In this document: positions 40,801 to 55,800 of the stretch, one piece after another
Numbering within the stretch: the stretch's first letter is position 1
Layout: every line of letters begins with the position of its first letter
Assembly: GCA_030141605.1 (NCBI GenBank)
Contig: JAQGDQ010000058.1
Location: 710,809-774,808, forward strand
DNA: 64,000 nt
Direction of reading: 5' to 3'
From: Tubiluchus corallicola
Lineage: Eukaryota; Animalia; Priapulida
The notes under the pieces: model-generated
Database searches by the model: none
Told to the model about the DNA's origin: nothing
Seen by the model: the letters and a program-made list of their open reading frames with translations, nothing else
Made by a program: the position numbers and the translations under genes

Positions 40801-43800
40801 CGATTCATTACAACCAAACACATTTCAAAATTTTATCATTATTACAGTAAATGTTCTAATAAAATTAATATTGTACATAAAGTGTCCTGCCATGAATCAT
40901 TTGCTGTGATGACTTGTAACTCTACAAAGACGACAACAATCATGGCTACATATCTATCTAAAGCTCTATAAAATTTCTTCATGCCACCCATTGATAATCT
41001 CTATGTTTACACTTATGCTGAGCGTAGGCCAAAAATCACAAAATGAAGATCACTGTTAGGCGTAATGTGCTCTGCAATAGCACTAAATCGTTTGCTATAG
41101 TAACAGCCTATGACGACTGCAACTACCTACAAACATGACAGCAATCATGGCTACGTACCTATCCAAAGCTTTGTAATATTTTTCCATATCACCCATTGCC
41201 ATCTCTACTGTACTAATGTGAATAAGTTTATCTCTATACTTCTGATCCGCATCTCGATACTGATCAGATTTTAGATCATTCTCATAGCTTATAATCTGTT
41301 CCTCATAACCACGTTGGCGCCCTTCCTTTTCGTGCTTCTGCAAAGAGAAGCAAACATTGCAAAAAAAACAATAATTATATCTTCTTCAACAACAACTACT
41401 GTACTAGAAAATATTTATGCACTAATACTCAATAAAACTATTAGTTAATTTTTGTGACAAAAAAGTAAATTACTAAATATTACATCAACATAATTACTAC
41501 ATTCTCTCTGCTGACAAAGATATTTCAATGTAAAGTCGAAATACTTTTCAATAATGTATTCCAGCTTTTCATTGTACTCGGTATATTGTCATGGTGCAAA
41601 CAGCATGACATTGATTAATAGTATGATTTTTTAGTAGCTATTATCATATATACTTCATATTTTTCATACATAGTATAAATGTCCAGGGACAGAAATTTGC
41701 AGAATTTAAAAAACTTATAGGGCCAGTTTACACTATAAACCATATGTACTGATTCTCACTCATATCCTTATTTATATTTGTTTACAGAACTAATTGCGGA
41801 GTTAACTTAGTGCTGTAGTGAAAACAGTAATAAAGTGTGTCTAACAAATAATAACTACCAAATGCTCATACCTCATTAGTTAGTTTATCATAACTCTCGC
41901 TGAGCTTACGTTTCTCCTGGCCGAGTCGCTGTATATCATATCCACCTAGCTGTTCATTTAATTTCTCAATGGACTTTTCACCCTTTCCAATCTCTGCCTG
42001 TAATTTCCTTAACTCCAAATTATCTAATAGATCTCTTTGCCGCACCTACAAAAATGCATTGCAACTTAGAATTTACAGTTTTTCCCAGTTTACAGCGTTC
42101 TCTCGCTACTTCGCGGTTCATTTATCGTGGACTCGTCATTTCGCGGGTTTTCAAAAATATTAATGTAAAACATTTATCGCGGTATTTTCGCTGTTTCGTG
42201 GGTTTTTGCGGTACTCTGTCTAAAGTATTTTTGCATATGCGTAGTACGTATTGTACAGTAATGTTACCATAACTATGTTCGCACGAAGAGATCTGTTATG
42301 CCTACGCCTTTAGCGGAAGTAATAGAAGTTACGTCAGATACCGAAGATACTGCACCACCTGACGAAGTGGTGCGTTTAGAAGAGCAGTAATGCTCTTCTT
42401 GGCATTCATCTCATCTTCCTCTCCATCGTCGTCACTACTGCACAGCTAATCCATCATCATCATTCTAGCTGAAGGACGTATCTTCAATGGTGAGTACCCA
42501 TATCAAATTTTAAAAATTAAGTATCTAGGTTTAAGAGTTTAAAACATTTTTATGAACATTTAAGTAAAGTTTTTTAAAAGGTACACGTACAGCATGGGAA
42601 AAGTTATTAAGGGAATGGGAAAGGGTTATGTATAAGAGTGTGGGGAGGGTTTATAAAGACTTAAAATAATGTATAACTACTAAAATAAGTATTGCGTCCC
42701 TACTTTGCAGAAATTCACTTATCGCAGGTGGGCCTGGAACGGAGCACCCGCGATAAGTGAGGGAACACTGTCTAAAGTTGTTAGTTTTTCTTTTTTTGCT
42801 TACAGAAGTCTTAATACGTTGCGCAGACTAAATAAAGCAAAAGCAACACGTCAAAAAAAATCCCCGAGTTACAAAATTCCCGGAATCTCATTCACTTAAC
42901 CACACCACTGACAAACTGACTAAAAAGAAGTAGGTTAGTGGTAAGGGGAATAACTGTGCAATTAATTTGCAATTTGTGCTTGCAAATGTCTAGCTATGTA
43001 CAAGGAAAGCCGCCTTTGGGCTGTTGAGTGTACAGTGCTACTCCTGACAATTCTTTCGTTGAAAAAAATATATATATACATATATATATCCTCAAATAAT
43101 ATAGTAATTTCTACTACCATTTCAGTGCATAATTTTAAAAGACTGCCCTTGGTAATGAGCTAGATTCTAGTCCCACCACAACTATTCGATATTAGTAGGC
43201 CCTGCTGTTAAATGTAATGCGCTGTGTACCAAATTATGTACAAATAAATACAAAAAATTACCTGTATGTTCGACAGATCTTTGCGTTTTTGATCGATTTG
43301 CTCTGAAAAATCTTTCTTTCTATTATCCAGTTTACTTAAGTCATTTTCAATGTGTTCAACTCGTGCCCGAGTATCCTTCAGTGTCTGCTCTTTACCACTC
43401 TCAGTGAAACTGTATAATTCCAAATAAATTTACTGAAGTGGACAAATGCTACACTTGAGCATATAATATCAAAGCAAACATAATTATTGCTACAAGGCAC
43501 GTATTCAACAGTACCAGCTGAAGCATTACAGTAAACAAATTTCTACCACCTAAATACAACAAAAGTGTAGTGATATTTGGTTGTTTAATTGAAAGTGAAA
43601 TAATCTTTATAAGTGAAAAAATAAACTTTTTAGCATATTAAAAAGACAATTTTTTTGTAAAAACTGCAGGTAGTAATATGAGATTAGTAAACTGAAAAAT
43701 TTTTTTTATAAGTTAGAAGATGAGAAAGTACATCTAATAAAGCTCATCTAAACATTAGTTCAACAGTGTTTCATAAATTTAACAAAAACTTACTTTTCAA

Positions 43801-46800
43801 TATCCCGAGAAATTGTCTGCACTTCCTGAAAATAATTTTTCATTGCCGTCGTTTCTTGTCTTCCTCGTTCCAACGTCTCTTCTTTCTCTTTCAACAGTTT
43901 TGCCTTTTTCTCACTCAGTTCGGCCAGTTTACTCTGTAGAAGAAAAAATAATCTTATCTGCAGTGAATATAAACAATCAAAATTCATTCTTGGTTATTGC
44001 AACAAAGTCGATAATTTTACAAGATTAATTTTTTTCTTCAGTGTACAAAAGTTTTCTTTAACTCTCATCTATAAGCCAAAATTCAGGAATACCCTTTCAC
44101 GAAATTCAAAAAAAAACTGATAGAGCTCACAAAGGAATACCCAAATACTCCTGCAGTGCAATGTTCTTTAGCATTTTTTTCAGATTAGCAAAAATACAAA
44201 GAACTGAATATTACCGTATTTTCCCGCGTATAAGAGACCCTTTTTTGCTCAGAATTTTCACTTTAAAAATAGGGGGTCTCTTATACATGGGAGTAAGTCT
44301 TTTCAATAAGATGCATAAATTGTGACACTAATGATTTTAAAGAAATAAGTGCTCTACAACTGTTTTATTTCGAATAATTATAGTTTCCTTTCAATAAATC
44401 TTCTCCATGGCTAAATTCTAACGATAAAATTAATGTACCGGGTAAGTTATTATTTTTTTAAATGTATCTTTGGTATTGGAGAGAAATCGATTGTTCTGCA
44501 GCCAATCAACGCATCTGCATAAGCTCTCCGCATGCCCGTCGACGTCATTGATACGTCGGCAGAGGTCAAGGAGATGAGTCAGCCTAAGCAAGGCGTGTCG
44601 CGTTCGACTATGAAGCGGTTGTAAGCAATACAAGCATCGTGACACAGGTCTGACTCCAGTTGATATTTTTGATGAGAGTGATGAGGAATTTAATGATTTC
44701 TATGATGAATAAAGTTATTCACTACCAAAAAACTTTTTTCCAGAATTTTTGCCTAAAAATTGAAGGGGTCTCTTATACACAAGGGTCTCTTATACATGGG
44801 AAAATACGGTAATTCTAATTAGATTACTTTGTCACACCTATTTAGTATAACATAAAAATATCAGTCGCAAGAACTACAAAAATCTGTTGACAAAAGCTGC
44901 CAACTAAAACTACTTTTTTTTGTTAAAAAATATAATGATAAAACTCAAATCTGCATAATAAATCTCTAAGAAAAATCCAGCATATGGCAGACAGTCTGTT
45001 AAAGATAATTAAAGACACATAAATCTCAAGGTTCAGCCTCCCTGCTTACCTGTAATGGTTGAACCTGCATTTTTCCATCTTCAATCTCATGCAAAAATAT
45101 CTCATTTTGACTCTGCATCTCAGTCCGCTTTGTTTCTAACTGCTGTTTCTTTTGCAGTTCCTACAACAAATTGAATCCATGCTACTCATTCATATTTAAA
45201 CCCAATTTTACTCTAAAGAAGGGGGGTCAACTAAGGCTGAGATAACTTCTGTTCAGACCTCAGAAAAATTAGATCTAGTATGCTATATTTAGATTTGTGA
45301 GTTCCACAAGCCAAGTTTGTACATAAAATTTAAAAATGAAGATTTTTCTCTGTATCATTCTTTTGTCGTTTTTATAAATATTTGTTACATGCATAGATGA
45401 ACTGATGAGACCTTTGTTCGTGGCAGGTAAAAGGACCGCAATTGGGCCAAGTCCGAATCAAGGATGGGCTGAGAATATTCTCAATCTAGAACATCAAATC
45501 AATATTGCAGCCATGTTGATCTATATAAACCTTTAAATTCTCAGAGTTTGCCAAATTTGGAATTTTAAACTTGACGCAATCTGTTAAAAAAATTACCAAA
45601 ATATCTAAGAACTCTAAGCACTAATATTGCACATCCAGCATTATAATACCTGTTTAATCTTCAAAATGTCCTGTTGCACGTCATTGTTGCGCTCTCGGAG
45701 GATCTGTATGGCTTCGTTTTGTTCCTGTATGCGCAGCTGGTTTCTCTCAAGTGTCAGCCCGACAGTTCGGCTTCGCATCGACACATCTTCCTTTTCTGAC
45801 ATCACTTCCTGCATGTTGCGTTTGCTACCACCTCCTAAATCATACATAACCATAAAAAGCTAATCCTTCAAAAAATACTGGAAAACAAATTGAAAAGTTA
45901 TTCTGTTTTGTTGCAAATAAGAAACAAAAAATAAATGGTTTGATGAATTCTTGTAAAAAAGCAGACTATTAGTCATGATCATAATCTTTACAAGGTAAGC
46001 TGCATGAAATGAGCTAATGAAATGATGGCCTTATTTTCATCAGAAAGTTTTTAATTTATTTCACACTTTAAGCACTTGCTTAATCTTTTCATGTTTCTTT
46101 TGGGAAAGTTTATTATATCCACAAATACACAAACTTAATTTTAAATGTTAGTTGCCATTGCTTTGCTTTGCACTAGCTTCTTGTGGGGAAAAATATGCCA
46201 CAAGGCCACTGAACTAACACAACAAAATAATTGAGCATATTCAAAGTTGCAAAAACGTTTTGAGAATGGTTTCCCCCTTACTACACATGCTAACACACTA
46301 AATGCTAGGCATCGTACGACTTTCTAAACCCTGACAATCTTTTTAAATTCAAAGATAATCCACAAATTAGAACAAAGAAATACCCTCTAATTTAGCTGTT
46401 ACTGCCATAATCTGCCTCTGTTTCTGCCGTACTTCTTCGCGGCATCGATCCATGACAATAACGTCAGACTGAATGCTCTTGCCTGTAATCTCATCAGTGT
46501 GTGCATCATTAGCTAATTCTTCAGCCTAAACGCGAAAATATACTTATAAAACCATAAAAATTACATACCGTGCGTCAATGGATTATTATGTATATGTATA
46601 TAGCACATGGTACAAACTTAGAAAGAAATAAACTGGACCACATTATACGTTAGAAACAAGGTACTGACTTTTGAACATCCACACAACCTTAAATGTTTTA
46701 TTGTGCAAACACAGAATGTTTACTGTCAGTTTTTTCACGATTCCATTTGCAAAAAGTTCGTACTTTTTAAACATCTTATTACATTATACCGTGCACACAA

Positions 46801-49800
46801 AACTTTAAAATACTATCGTCACATATACTACACTGCAAATTTTTTTTGTTACTTCATCAACCATGAAAACACTATAAAATGAGAAATTTAATGTTTCCGT
46901 TATTTATTCCATTACCATGGCATACCATGGAAAAGACTTATTATCGACTAATGTTTGCAAACTACAGAAAATACCAGGTTGCACATATACGTACCTCATC
47001 CATCTTTTTACGCAGCTCTACAATCTTGGCAGAAATTTCTTGTAGTTTCTGCTGCAGATCAGGTATCTCTTTCTCAGTCAATGCAGCAATCTAATAAAAT
47101 GATTAATGCTACTGTGAGACCAAACTGGCATTAAGGCATTAAAAACTACCGTATTTTCCCGTGTATAAGAGACCCTTTTTTGCTCAGAATTTTCACTTTA
47201 AAAATAGGGGGTCTCTTATACATGGGAGTAAGTCTTTTCAATAAGATGCATAAATTGTGACACTAATGATTTTAAAGAAATAAGTGCTCTACAACTGTTT
47301 TATTTCGAATAATTATAGTTTCCTTTCAATAAATCTTCTCCATGGCTAAATTCTAATGATAAAATTAATGTACCGGGTAAGTTATTATTTTTTTAAATGT
47401 CTCTTTGGTATTGGAGAGAAATCGATTGTTCTGCAGCCAATCAACGCATCTGCATAAGCTCTCTGCATGCCCGTCGACGTCATTGACACGTCGGCAGAGG
47501 TCAACGAGATGAGTCAGCCTAAGCAAGGCGTGTCGCGTTCGACTATGAAGCGGTTGTAAGCAATACAAGCATCGTGACACAGGTCTGACTCCAGTTGATA
47601 TTTTTGATGAGAGTGATGAGGAATTTAATGATTTCTATGATGAATAAAGTTACTCATTACCAAAAAACTTTTTTCCAGAATTTTTGCCTAAAAATTGAAG
47701 AGGTCTCTTATACACAAGGGTCTCTTATACATGGGAAAATACGGTAATTAATGTAACCAGCTCATATGAACAAAAAGGAGAGAAAACGAAGCAAGTTATC
47801 AAAGTTAGGAACAATCCAAATGCTTCAGCATCCAAAATGTATATAATGCTTAGCTATAGGTACAAAATAACTGCAAACATGAAAAAAAAACAAGTTTTAT
47901 TACATGCAATTGGCTTGTGAAAAACTGGCATCAAGTGACTTAAAATATTTCAAAACTTCAGATTTTATTTTCAGAAATCTAATTTGGCATTTACTTCAAA
48001 AATGAGCACTTGATGTGAGAAAAGCACACAATACATTAAAACCTTTTTGCGCAACTGTAGAAGCTTAGGATTGCATGAGAGAAAACACTTCGAAAAACAG
48101 ACTTTTTGTATAATAAAAAAATTCTATATACCGTATTTTCCCGTGTATAAGAGACCCTTTTTTGCTCAGAATTTTCACTTTAAAAATAGGGGGTCTCTTA
48201 TACATGGGAGTAAGTCTTTTCAATAAGATGCATAAATTGTGACACTAATGATTTTAAAGAAATAAGTGCTCTAGAACTGTTTTATTTCGAATAATTATAG
48301 TTTCCTTTCAATAAATCTTCTCCATGGCTAAATTCTAATGATAAAATTAATGTACCGGGTAAGTTATTATTTTTTTAAATGTCAAAAGAGGACAATGCCA
48401 TTTTTGAGCAGAGTGACTCCTCTGATGATGAACTGGCTGGAATTGCTGAAGGTCTGACTCCAGTTGATATTTTTGATGAGAGTGATGAGGAATTTAATGA
48501 TTTCTATGATGAATAAAGTTATTCATTACCAAAAAACTTTTTTCCAGAATTTTTGCCTAAAAATTGAAGGGGTCTCTTATACACAAGGGTCTCTTATACA
48601 TGCGAAAATACGGTAATTCCACAAATGTTACAGCTAGTATATCTCTTACAATCAGCACATACCTGCTCCTTTTGTGGTCTTAACTGCAGCATTTGCGTAT
48701 ATTTCTCCTGTTGATCAGCTATAAGTTTCTCCTTCATGTCAAGTTTGACCGGTACCAATCTAAGCTTGCTGGTCAAATCCTGAACAAGATCCTCAACCTC
48801 GCCGGAATCTTTGAAACCACGATGACACAATGGACAAGAAGATTTGCTTTTTAACTCCTTCACGTACTTTCCATAAAGGTGCTGTGCACCTGTCAGAGCT
48901 CCTTTCTCACTAAAAATATGAAGCTAAATTAGACTGAATTAAAGCGGAATTGCAGCGTCGAAGGTGTAACGCGGGGTTCGTCTCTCATCTGGGATTCAAA
49001 ATCGAGTAAAGTGAAACAACCAATTTTTCAATACTACCTATCAAAATAATTAAGATTTTGCCATAGCAAAATCTTACTTTTTTCATTGAGTTATTATTAT
49101 TATTTTTATTATCATTATTTATTTATCCTCTGCCACTTTAACGCTTAATAACTCCTAAGCCTTAAAAGCTAGGGTCGCCAAACTCACAGGGTTGGTAGTC
49201 CTGGGCGGGGGACGTACAACAGTGTGGTAACCAGTGACCACTAGTCAACAGTAAAAGGGCAGTGGGCATTGGTCAGTTTTTCCTCTAGGTTGCATCTCCT
49301 GCTAGAGCTTTCGGTTTTTTCCAAATTTTTTTCACAAGTATCTGGGCACTGAGGGGTAGATGTGCACTTGGGGTTTTAAAAAGCTGGCAAGTTTTAAACG
49401 AACGAGGGAGGGGTCAAAATGCAAAATTTGGAGTCCCCCAATTGGTGACCTTTTACATGCTGAGAGCTAGGGTCTCATAACTCACAAGGTACACTCTCTG
49501 GGCAAAGTTTTTTATGTATACATGCGATGCGAGTTGCCGGGTCAAAGGTCACGGAGCGTGTGGGCTTTCATTTATTTTTCTTTATGATCCATCTGCTCCC
49601 ATAATTTTTGAGCTAGGGCCACAATTTTTGGTATGTTGCTAGGTGTTGTCGTGGCCTTGCACATCACAAAATATGGGACGTCGCATACGCAAAATTTTCC
49701 GCTAGGGGGCAAAAACCGAAAAATGGGGGTCGAGAACAGAAGTGCACCAAGTGTTGAGCAATGGTACCTTGTAGGACATCAAATGAAAGGTCTCGATGAG

Positions 49801-52800
49801 ACGGATCGAATGGCATAAGTTACAATGAGAATAGCTAACCTGTGACCCCGGCTAGGGGGCAAAATAGGGGTCGAGGAAACAAAGGCCTTCCAGTGTCAAC
49901 CGAAACTAGCTTGTATCATATCAAACAAATAATATTTTATTTTTTGCACTTCATTAATTTTTTCTGTCTAAATATTTGCAACTTTTCTGACTCCAACTCA
50001 AACTCTTAAGTCCGCAGATGCCAACTCCTGTCTAATTACTCACAGACAAGCATGTTTTTTTAAGAATTTTTCCATTTTACTATAAGACACACATTGCACC
50101 AGACCAGTCTTAGTGCACCGTACTGAAAAATGAGTAATAACATACACATCTAAAACAAAAGGCAGTAATAATACTTCTAAATTGTCGACATACTCTTGTA
50201 GAGCACTTATACTGGTGTTGAAAGAATCGATGCTGTTATCAAAGTCTTGGCTTCCGCAAACTTGAAATACTTTCTCTTCAAAACTCTTCATATCTTTTTC
50301 CTTTTTTTCAAGTTGTTCCCTGTTTATAAAATTTACATTATTTCTAATAGTGACTGATTGCAAAAAATATTTAAATTCCAGGCAAAATCTTAAAGAAAAA
50401 ATACTTTTCATAAACTAAATAATTCTTTATAAATTTTTCATAAAACAAAAATAAATTTATTGGCGAATTAGGGTTTATACAATACCATCCTTAACACATT
50501 ACACCAGATATAATCTCCTGCAGAAGCCCTGAACAATTAATTAATAACAATTAATAATACAAATTAATAACAATTGATATTCTTTCCTCTCATTGTCGAT
50601 AACACCAAAAATCTTCTGACAATTTCATTAGGGCAAGACAGAACTTAAACTAAAGTTCAGCAGAATTTATTTATTATTTATTAAGACATCTTGTGAACAA
50701 GCAGCGACTATCCTAGCCCTTCTACAGAAACCTACAGCATCAATAACAATTACAGATTTGCTATCTCTGTGTAAATAATCAAATAAGTAACTAAAGCTTA
50801 AGATTTGTACAACAAGATTAGGGAGGTCATTGAAATTTAAAACATTCAAAAACAAAGTTTACTGCTGAAATTTGCAGAATAGCCATTTATCGCTTGTCAT
50901 TTTTTAAAGTGGTTCTCAAATCTTGTCAACTCTCTTATAGAATACAACAAGAAAGGTGTTACACTATAATTATTAACAATGCAAAACATTACTCACATAG
51001 TCATCTTGCGCTGTGCCTCTAACGATGATATCTGATTTCTTGCATCGTGCATCTGTTTTGTGGATCTGCTGGCATCAGTAGACCGAGTTGCTATGAAATC
51101 TTGCAGAGCAGAGTTAGCGCGCTCTGTTGGGAAGTGTCCGAGTAAGTGAATGACTGTATCCTCGTGTTTGTCTTTCCTATGAAGTAATGATGAAAAGTGT
51201 AACTGGGTGTGCCTTGATTTATTACACTAGAGAAAAATATTACAACGTGGAATGAAATTTAAATAAGTGCAAGAAATGCTACGACAAACAAAAAGCAATT
51301 ATATCAATGTATGCTACAGCCGAATTTTATGAAATGACTCCAAAAAAGTGATAAAGTATCAAAGCATTTCTGTAATAAATCAAAGACTGGTTCACTATTC
51401 CACTATTTTCACGAACTGCTAATACAAATAAACAGGAAGTTGAAAGTTTTGTTTAAGGATCAAAAACTCTGGAGGAGCTTTTACCATAAGGACACCAACA
51501 CAGTGTTAAACATACACGAAGTCAAAATTTCCAAGAAAGCTTTTTTTGTCAAGTTTTTTTAGTTCCACAGCAGTTCTCTCCTAACTTTTCAAATTTTCTT
51601 CCTCTTTTGGATGAGTTTTTCAAAGACACAACTGTTGCTTCCTTCCATCTTCAAAAAATTAGTTTCTGACGTAAAGTCTAACAACTCACATTCTACGTAT
51701 AACCTCCTCTTTCTCTGCCTTCTCGTTTTGGTGCATTTCCAGCTCTGTATGAATCTGTCCCTGCATGTGTAACTTTGTCATTTCAGATCTAAATACATTA
51801 TACACGAAACTTAAAGGCAGTTAATAACAAAAGTTAATTTTTACTATATATGCATTAATATATATGTGATGATAGCAATCAGGACTAGTATATTGCAAAA
51901 CATAAAATTGGGGTAAGGTTTGACTTCTCTCATAAATCTCAGTAACTAGTGTCGTTTCCAATATCTAGTATAGTTAAAGAAAGATACTGCATCATAAATG
52001 GCATTCAAAAAGTAAATACAAGACAAGTATATGAGTAATTAGTAAAGATAATAGCTGAGTTGTCTAGCATATATGCTTTGCAACAATATAGTCGCTTTGT
52101 ACGAATATATATGAGTTTTTTTACTTGTCTCGAGGCTTCATTTGCCCTACTGATCCTGGCTGTTAGCCTCGTACAAGGAGGTACATCTGAACATGGCCGA
52201 GACGCCTCTGCGGGCTTCAGTCACTCGTCCTACAGAAGCACCCTTGATAATGAATCAAGTTCGGGTCATGCCACAAACATTGTGCTGTGTCGAAGTGCAT
52301 AGAAAATCAGTTCGCAATAACACATTGTGCCAGATAAGTTTACATTTATTTATCAAGTCAAAAGAATAACAATGCTCACTTGAATTGAATTACATAAATA
52401 TGTTCTTACCAAAAAAATTACATTAAATTAACAAGTAAATATTAGTGCAAACAGCTGTTGACAGTAGATTGCAAAGATTACTGATTTCTTTATAGTTATA
52501 ACTACATAATCCTATGTCCATTTTTATTCCAGTATTTATTATTACTATATACAACTCAGGACATGCATTACACATAACAGTTATCCTTGCTTGGTAACAG
52601 CCTAGCATTAAATCTCTTTGCTTATTATACTTACTCTAGCACACTTAGCTGCTCATCCAATTGCTGTTTTTCTCGTTTTAGCTGCTTAATTTCTCGTTGT
52701 AACTCCGGCACATTGTTAGACTCCTCGGCAGTTGTTAACTCATGCATCTAAATAAATACGATGATCAAATCACAACTGTAGATCATTATTTTTCAACAAG

Positions 52801-55800
52801 TACTGGTTATGAGTTTGGTTTGCTGCAGAAATCAACGTAACGATAGGAGGGTGACGTGAAAGTGTAATAGAGAAGAGACAACATACTTGTAAGCAAATAA
52901 TTTTTCTGAGAAGTTCTACTATCAGAGTACAATTGCTAACATCTCTGAACATATATTTTATTGTTGCTAAAGTGGTAGCTCTCCCAGTATAAAAAACAAG
53001 CATGGTCTCGGGAATTTTCACCTGTCAAAGTTATACTATCTGAAATATAAGCATGCATGTACTCTATTCTATTTAAAATTACCTATCAAGTTAGCAGGAT
53101 ACGACTATTAATAATCAACCCGATAAAATAAGAAAGTTTTTGTTTGACTTGTTATATTGTACATTGCTAAATTTTAAAATGTACATTGTATGTAGAAATT
53201 TATCAAACCTCAGATAGCTTCTACTTACTGAGAAATTTTAATAGCTCATATTAGAATATGATATAGGCAGCACAAATAATAATCATAATAACAAATCCAC
53301 TAAATAAGTATACTAACAGTTTGACGTTGTTTCTTCTCAAGCAGATCCAGCCGACTAGCCGATGCTTGAACACGGCTAAGTTCTTCTCCGATTTTCTGCA
53401 GCTCTTGTTTGTTTTTGTTCTAAAAGGAAAATAAATTTCCGTTTTCTTGTAACTTGTTACAAAAATAATTGCTTTTAACGACTCCTAAAAATGTTTACAC
53501 TTCTTTATGAGACCTTACATTAGAGTAAATGTGATCTGAACCAGAAGTCAGAAGTATCGCTTTAAAATCACCATTCTTAGCAAAAACTAAAAACAGCTCT
53601 ATCAGATGGAGCTGCAGTGATTGCCAGAGTCAGTTTCTCGGCCAAGTGTCATCATCCTTCATAGTTTCAAATCACCAGGTTACCAATAAAAATGCTAATA
53701 AAAGAATTTCTAAAAACAACAATAAAGTGATGGGATGCCATTAAAAATATTGATCCTTGTTAACCCTTACAACCATAGTTTTTGTTACAACCAAGATACT
53801 TGACATTAATCTTAGAGCACTAATCTTTCAATAGGAATTACATCTAAAGCAATACATTTAGCTTGTTGACTAAAATAATTGATTACATTATGCAGAGTAT
53901 TTCACACAGCCATTTACAATTGGCAGTATAAGTTAGTGTCAACTTCTTTCACATTTTTTAAAATAATACTTACAATGAATCTTATTTTGGACAAAAGGCA
54001 TAGCTGGGTGGTCATATCATAAGCAGGCTTACAGAAATAATCACTGCCAGACCTACTAAGCAAACAGATGAGTGACCACCACAAAAACTGCTTCTAGAAC
54101 TTCAGTCATTCAAGCAAAGTATTGCAATCATACAACTTATGCATGCTGAAAATAACAACTCAATTTTCCACAAGCCTTGATCTCTTGAAAACCAGAAAAT
54201 CTACAAAAAATAACATTGTGGAACTACAGCCAAATTATGTACACATATAATAACTGCAATGAAAATGTGGACCTAAACTAAGTACCATTTGCTCCATTTT
54301 CATTGAGATTTGCTGCTGTACTCGTGTGCGACTATCTCGCGCTGTATCTATCTCCGCCTGCAGTTCAGATTCACTGGTGTCACAGGTAAGTTTCTTTAGC
54401 CTGATCTCCTCTTCACTGCTTTTGATTTTGTCTTTAATCAATGTGAAGAACCGGCGGATCTGAAACTCAGTAATGTCCGAGCCTCCAAAACCTGTAATAC
54501 ATACATGGGTCACTACAACCGAAAAACTGAAGAAATGAAACATCCGGCAGGGCGAAAACTAATCCACAAGGATTTCTGCATCTGGTAACTGCTAATGACC
54601 GCTTGCCTTCGCACAGAGATTCTTGTGAATTACTTTTTCAGCTGTGTAATGCTGCACTCCTTTGGTTGGTTCTTGCAGCAGTTCACATCATTTCATAAGG
54701 TGTGGTGCATTTACTATGCAGAACTGGAGTGATGTTGAAACCTTAACATAGCTGCAAACCTACATGGTTGCACGAAAGTTTTGCTACTTTGTAATTTGAT
54801 AGGCATAACTAGTATCTTTATTTTACGTGCTATCTTTTCGGTTGGTTTGCCGACTGTTTCAATTGTAGCAGATAGTGGAATATAGCTACATAGCGAAGTA
54901 TCCAGCAAAAAGTCTACTGGGAAGCCATGCAGAGGATCCAAAACACCCCAAACCCTGAAACCCAGTGAAGCTTTGCAACTGGTGATGACTGCTTACAAGG
55001 GATTCTTAAAAAAACATTACATTTTACAAAAAAATAACTACAACAAAGTACAGCTAGGTCCTGTTTAGACTACATTCAGGAAACATGCAGTATTACAATG
55101 ACTTAAAAAATAACTTACAAGCTAAGTTATTTAAGGCACAAAATTAATCAAAATAAAATCGTAATCTAATTAATTAGAATCACTCTAGCGTGAGCGATCT
55201 AATATCGAAAATATTGAATTTGGTTTTCCATTTATAAGAAATTAACTCTGGACTGAATTGACCACTGGGAAGTGCAGTGGCCTAAAGCACATGTAATGTC
55301 AGCAGAAGGTCCCTGGTTCAAATCCAGGGTGCATTCCAGCTCTTCTGCATTTCCTGTCTTTCAAGTTTAGTCTCAGAATTTAATGATAAGGTAATATCAT
55401 TACCTGCTAAGTCATAATGAGCAGCAATGCTTTTAACCTTCGTCTTTCTTAGTTCAAAATTGCGCCTATTCTGTTCCGTTTCAGTTTCCAATTTTCCCTG
55501 CTGCAAGATCAAGTTCGTTTTCTGACCGGCTACCTGCTCAAACTCTCTATCCAATTCAGCAAGCTTGTCTTCAAGCTAAAAAAATCGAGCCATTTTATTT
55601 ATTAAAAAATACATTATAACTATAAATTTGTTACAGAAGCAACCATCATAAAAAAAATTAAAGACATTCGTAAAAATATCAAGCAAAACCACCTCACTCA
55701 ACTTTAACAGTGATTTTGAGCTAAATCACAAAAATCACAATACTGAGCTAAATCACAATACTCAAAATCCCAAATCTGTTCTGCATGGAAAAGCTTAGAA

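Noticed and set aside
40945-40958. AT-starting donor in the duplicated RAD50 exon as a U12 (AT-AC) intron
   Set aside because: The sequence ATATGT does not match the U12 consensus ATATCCTT.
44430-47580. Duplicated 71-aa ORFs [12 protein letters not shown]... (44430-44645 and 47365-47580) as a novel small-protein family
   Set aside because: They lie antisense within transposon copies D and E; their identity reflects recent transposition, not coding constraint.
55267-55338. Functional tRNA gene
   Set aside because: The D arm is incomplete and the anticodon stem does not pair; kept only as a tRNA-derived relic.
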